Positions 59,743 through 64,000 of a stretch of 64,000 nt of DNA are shown piece after piece. This DNA is from Caecitellus pseudoparvulus (Eukaryota > Protista > Bigyra: Bicosoecida). Every line of letters begins with the position of its first letter. Positions within the stretch are counted from its first letter, which is position 1. The notes under the pieces are model-generated. The model was not told where the DNA came from. It saw nothing but the letters and a program-made list of their open reading frames with translations, and searched no databases. The translations under genes and the position numbers were made by a program. The DNA lies in assembly GCA_965644315.1 (NCBI GenBank), contig CBFFRQ010000054.1, forward strand, positions 1 to 64,000, written 5' to 3'.

Positions 59743-60816
59743 TCAGACATGCTGGGCTGCCCGCAGCAGCAACATGGCCACGCGGCCTTGCCGGGTGCTG
59801 GTGCCCGCCCAGACCGCATCCTTGGCGGGCTGCACGGCCACATCTCCAGCATTCAGCCGTGCCTGGAGGGGGATGGCTCGATGGCCAGTGAGGCCCAGCA
59901 ATTGACGGACAACATCCGCATGGCCGTTCTTACAGGCGTATTGGAAGGCTTCTCCTTCTCGAGCATGGACATGCACGGCCTGGCCTGCGTTTCTGCTCAG
60001 CAGCTCAATAACGACGTCAACATGACCACGGGCGCACGCTGCCCGGAACCCAGCATCATCCCACACCCGCACATGCACCGTACGATCAGCGCATAAGGAA
60101 AGCAGCTCCTGAACCACGTGGACGTGGCCATTGGCGCATGCCTCGCGAAATGCGTATTCACTTCTGGCGTGCACATCAACTCGTCGGTCACCTGTCAGGA
60201 CCAGGAGCTCACGCAACACATCAAGTCGACCACAACGGGCTGCCCAACGAAATCCGCCCTCGTGATCAGCGTGTACATCAACGGCACGATAGCCGTCCAA
60301 TGACAGCAACTCTCGAACGACCGCCACTTGCCCAGCTCCGCAAGCCATCCGAAACGCAGACTCATCGCACGCATGGACGTTCATCTCGCGATCATCTGCG
60401 AGTGACAATAGCAAACGCACTACGCTTACATTGCCATTGACACATGCTGTTTGCAGTGCGCGCCCTGCCTGCACATGAACGTCCACAGAGCGGGAACCAG
60501 TCAGCTGAAGCAGCTCACGAAGCACACCCACGTGACCACCGCAGCAAGCACCCCGAAAGCCGCGCTCATTCTCAGCGTGCACATCCACGGCCTTCTCCCC
60601 CTCCACCGATAGCATCTCTCGCAACAGCCCAACATGCCCCATCCGACAAGCAACCAAGAAGCCAGCCGTCGTCTCGACACTTGACAGCGCCTCCAGGAGT
60701 GGCGTCTCTTCCTGGTCGGACCCCTGCACCATTTCAAGCAGCTCAGCTGCCTGCTCAGCAGCACATGCAGCCTTCCATCGCACTACCACTGACGTACTGT
60801 CGCCCTCATCAGCCAT
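59743..60816 (-). CDS. Ankyrin-repeat array gene 7 (8 repeats)
   Basis: Short 34-aa repeats; chimeric N-terminus. Confidence 0.92.
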   Translation of the reverse strand: MADEGDSTSVVVRWKAACAAEQAAELLEMVQGSDQEETPLLEALSSVETTAGFLVACRMGHVGLLREMLSVEGEKAVDVHAENERGFRGACCGGHVGVLRELLQLTGSRSVDVHVQAGRALQTACVNGNVSVVRLLLSLADDREMNVHACDESAFRMACGAGQVAVVRELLSLDGYRAVDVHADHEGGFRWAARCGRLDVLRELLVLTGDRRVDVHARSEYAFREACANGHVHVVQELLSLCADRTVHVRVWDDAGFRAACARGHVDVVIELLSRNAGQAVHVHAREGEAFQYACKNGHADVVRQLLGLTGHRAIPLQARLNAGDVAVQPAKDAVWAGTSTRQGRVAMLLLRAAQHV

Positions 60817-61079
60817 GGTGTGGTGGGTTCAGATTCCGCAACTTGCACTTGACACACAGCACCCTCCGCTGCATTGACCAGTCTGGCGATGGCAGAGGAT
60901 CCACCTGCCCCATAAATACGGCATAGTCCTGTACCTGCATGCTTGAATTTAGACTGCGCTCCAAACTGCCACTCGCTGCCTGAGACAGTTTGCGCTTTGG
61001 AGGCGTGCCCACCTCAAACTTCACTTGTGACCAGCTCTTCCAGGCCAGCAAGAGTTCCAACCAGCGCGCAGCTGCAGAC

Positions 61080-61997
61080 TCAAGCATGCTGGGTTGCCCG
61101 CAGCAGTACCACAGCCACACGGCCCCGTCTCGTGCTGGTACCGCCCCAGACTGCATCTTTGGCTGGCTGTACAGCAGACGCCCCAGCCGCCTTACGAGCA
61201 GCAGGAGTAGCAGCACGAGAACCGGTGAGGCCTAGCAGCTCGCGTGCAACGCCTGAGAATCCAAACTGGCACGCGGTGCGCAAGCCAGCTTCCGTCCCTC
61301 GGCCATCCTGAGCGTACACATGCGCGGTCCGGTCACCAGTCAGGCTCAGCAGCTCCCGCACTGCCGCCTCGTGGCCATTGCGGCACGCCACTCGAAAGGC
61401 AGCCTCAGGTCCATCCCTATCAGCGGCGTGCACATCCACTGCTCGGTCGCCCTCCAAGGCCAGGAGCTCGCGCATGACGGCCACATGGCCGCCCCAGCAA
61501 GCCCAGCGAAACGCGGCTTCCCACCCTCCAACATCTCTCGCATGCACGTCTATTTTCCTGTCACCCTCAAGTGCCAGCAACTCGCGCACAAGCTCCACGT
61601 GGCCGCCAGCACACGCTGCCCTGAAGGGGGTTTCGGGGCCGTCTCGATCCCTAACGTGCACATCAACTCTGCGAGCGCCAGTCAAAGACAGCAGCTCACG
61701 CACGACGGCGAGGTGGCCTTTGTGACACGCCAATCTGAGCGCAGCCCCATTCATTGCGTGCACATTAACGGCGAGCTTGCCTTCGAGCGCCAGCAGCTCA
61801 CGCAGCAGGCCGACGTGGCCCACGCGGCAAGCAGTGCAGAGGGCCTCCGCAGTGTCATTCCGAGTCAGGAAGGTCAAGTCAGGCTGCCCACCATCTGCAC
61901 TGCATCGCAAAAGGCTCATCAGGGAATCAACATTCCCAGACGAACAAGCTACCATCCAGTGCAAGTCCGGGGTTCGAAGGGAGAAAGGCTGGGCCAT
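61080..61997 (-). CDS. Ankyrin-repeat array gene 8 (6 repeats), first in transcription order
   Basis: Same consensus, more diverged caps. Confidence 0.92.
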   Translation of the reverse strand: MAQPFSLRTPDLHWMVACSSGNVDSLMSLLRCSADGGQPDLTFLTRNDTAEALCTACRVGHVGLLRELLALEGKLAVNVHAMNGAALRLACHKGHLAVVRELLSLTGARRVDVHVRDRDGPETPFRAACAGGHVELVRELLALEGDRKIDVHARDVGGWEAAFRWACWGGHVAVMRELLALEGDRAVDVHAADRDGPEAAFRVACRNGHEAAVRELLSLTGDRTAHVYAQDGRGTEAGLRTACQFGFSGVARELLGLTGSRAATPAARKAAGASAVQPAKDAVWGGTSTRRGRVAVVLLRATQHA

Positions 61998-62306
61998 GGC
62001 GTGGTGGGCTCAGATTCCGCAGCAGCAGGAGCTGCTTGCTCGCAGCGGCTCGGCGACTGGTCGAAAGCTGCTGTTTCCTGTACCAAAATGCACCACGCAA
62101 AGGCATTACTTTCAGGATCGCTTCATCTTGGCTTTACCAAACAGGTTTGGTGTGCCCATCCACATGTCCCGCACATCCACCACCGTCCTGGTGTATCACA
62201 ACTTCTTGTGCGAGACACACCCACCCTTGCGAGCCCCGCAAAAAGCAAACTTCGCGTCCAACTTCGGACTTGTACCTTCTGGTGATACTGTCGCACACCC
62301 CGCACT

Positions 62307-64000
62307 ATGTCAGTTGGGCTGCCGGCGCTGCAGCTGCCGCCGGCTCGGCCGGGCGGGCTGCTCCCTGCGCTGCCAGCAAGCCCGGCCGCAGCAGCTGTGA
62401 CTCGCCCCCAGGGCACGTTTAGCGGTGCAGCCTCTAAACCTCACATGCGTGGGGCGGACTTTGTCAGCACTGTGCTCGGACAGGCGGCTACAAAAGATAG
62501 TCTGGTGGCTAGAGCTCGGGAGGAGTGCGTGGAGCGTTCATTCCTTGCGCCGGCTCATGCGCCCGTTTCACGCACTGGCGTTTCACCTCGCCAGCTCCTG
62601 CACCCCCGTCCATCTCGCGAACATGCAGGGGTTTCACGCTGCAGCCAGTGCCCTTGGCAAAGCTTCGCAATCACAGCATTGACGAGGTTCGGGGGCGGCG
62701 CCAGCCCATTGAGATTCCGCGGGATGTGGCAGACATGTACGCAGACCTCACGGCTGAGCGAGAGCGGGTGACGGCGTCCATGTGGGAGTTGCTCGTGGCC
62801 TACGTAAGGCGAACGCTACCGCCAATACGCCGCTGGTTCGAAGCCGCACTTGCCTTTCACACCTCCCACCCCGCAGCGGCGTCTGGTGAAGGCGCTACCT
62901 GAGCGCTTCCACTGGCCAGCTTTCCGCAGTGTGATGGAGCAGCACGCGGACGAGCACATCCTGGACCAGCGCACGTTCACAGCTTGTGTGCAAGACAAGT
63001 ATCGCTTGCCACATGGGTACATTGAGAACGAGGAGAACGAGCTGCTGCGGGCCCGAAAGCTGGCTTGGAAGCTGCAGCTGGAGGAGGTGGAGAGCAAGCT
63101 GCTGGCTTTGTTTCCCATGATGGCACAAGAGGTCGGGAGCCCTCCTTTCTTGCAGCGCTTCCTGGATGTTCGGGACTTCCGGGTGTGCATGTAGTGCGTG
63201 CTTGGCCCTGCCGCGCTCATGCACACACCCTGCCTCACTGCAGCCGCCCGCTTGCCCCAGCTTTCTCAATGAAAAGGAGCAGCCTCTGCACGTCATCATT
63301 GCCCGGGGCGCTCGCATCTATGGCTTTAAACCCCCGGGCCGCAAGGGCGAGCATGTCGTGTCATTGCGGCACTTCATGCGCATTTTGACCCTGCCCGTGT
63401 TCCGGAACCAAGCTCGGCGCGACCTTGCAGTCAGCATCGTCAAAGCAGCTCAGGCAGGAACAGTGCCCTTCAGTGACGTTGCCCCGCTGCACTTCTCCGA
63501 GAGTGGCGTCGCCATGCTGCTCAAGGCGTCCCGGTTGTCCACACTCTTGCTGCCGAACAAGGTCGCCAGCAGCCTGTACTGCAAGGTGAGCAATTTGGAG
63601 GCCATGTACGCTCCAGCGCTTCGCGCGAAGCTGCTTCGCCGCAAGGAGAAGCTGGGCAAGCTGCGGAGTGCAGACCTCTTCTTCCTTCGGCGAAGAGGCC
63701 GACCCCTATTCCAGCACTGGGCCAGCCTGTACCAGAGACGCAAGCGTCTCGCTACGTTGCTCGGCAATATGGAGCGCATGGTGGTGCACAGCTGGGGAAG
63801 GCTCAGCATGCGGCAGTGGCGGGACTTTCTCCTGCAGACGCAGGAGGCTGTTCGGGTGCAGGCACTGTTCCGTGGCTACCGCATCCGCATGGCGTTCTAC
63901 AGAGCCAGCCAGGCACGGTTCATCGCGCAGCACATCAGCAAGGCCCGCCACTGGCAGATCAAAGCCAAGTACGAGTTGCAGAAGGCGGTGGAAGAGGAGC
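62307..64000 (+). CDS. Multi-exon protein with IQ calmodulin-binding motif, 5' part (runs off window)
   Basis: ORF segments joined by GT-AG introns. The last open segment contains VQALFRGYRIR (~63856-63888) and Sfi1-like F..W helices. Exon boundaries are approximate. Confidence 0.65.

Noticed and set aside
52309-61079. CRISPR array or integron attC interpretation of the regular spacers
   Set aside because: Eukaryotic context, with no cas or integrase genes in the window, no short repeat/unique spacer pattern and no RYYYAAC/GTTRRRY boxes seen.

Overview
Compact, GC-rich eukaryotic genomic DNA with short GT-AG introns (mostly 60-110 nt). Ciliary genes suggest a flagellated protist; the exact lineage cannot be fixed from sequence alone. 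1-11.2 kb holds housekeeping genes: CLN3 (partial), SFT2, ATG1-like kinase, CFAP119-like, NPRL2, an LRR protein, an unknown protein and cyclophilin H. 11.6-33.9 kb is one giant (~7,270 aa) secreted multi-pass membrane protein. It is built from bacterial-adhesin-like beta-sandwich domain pairs, including about 8.8 near-identical 972-bp tandem repeats, followed by EGF/TSP1 modules and about 9 TM helices. 35-47 kb holds TRM7, an HSL-family lipase, a FAP276-like gene, a candidate microprotein, a LAPTM-like 4TM protein, a WW+3xPH protein, SECISBP2, SEC61A (start codon apparently split by an intron) and a disordered protein. 47.5-50.3 kb is an orphan intronless ORF bracketed by ~185-bp direct repeats. 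50.3-62.0 kb is the most striking region: a head-to-tail array of 8 intronless ankyrin-repeat genes (6-16 repeats each, 71 in total) with shared N- and C-caps and hypervariable binding-face residues. They have near-constant 255-275 bp conserved spacers, a near-invariant ~28-nt motif at every start codon, and mosaic shuffling of upstream regions, caps and repeats. This looks like a natural DARPin-like diversifying receptor/effector library. An IQ-motif gene runs off the right end. All gene models and family assignments were made by eye, without database searches.
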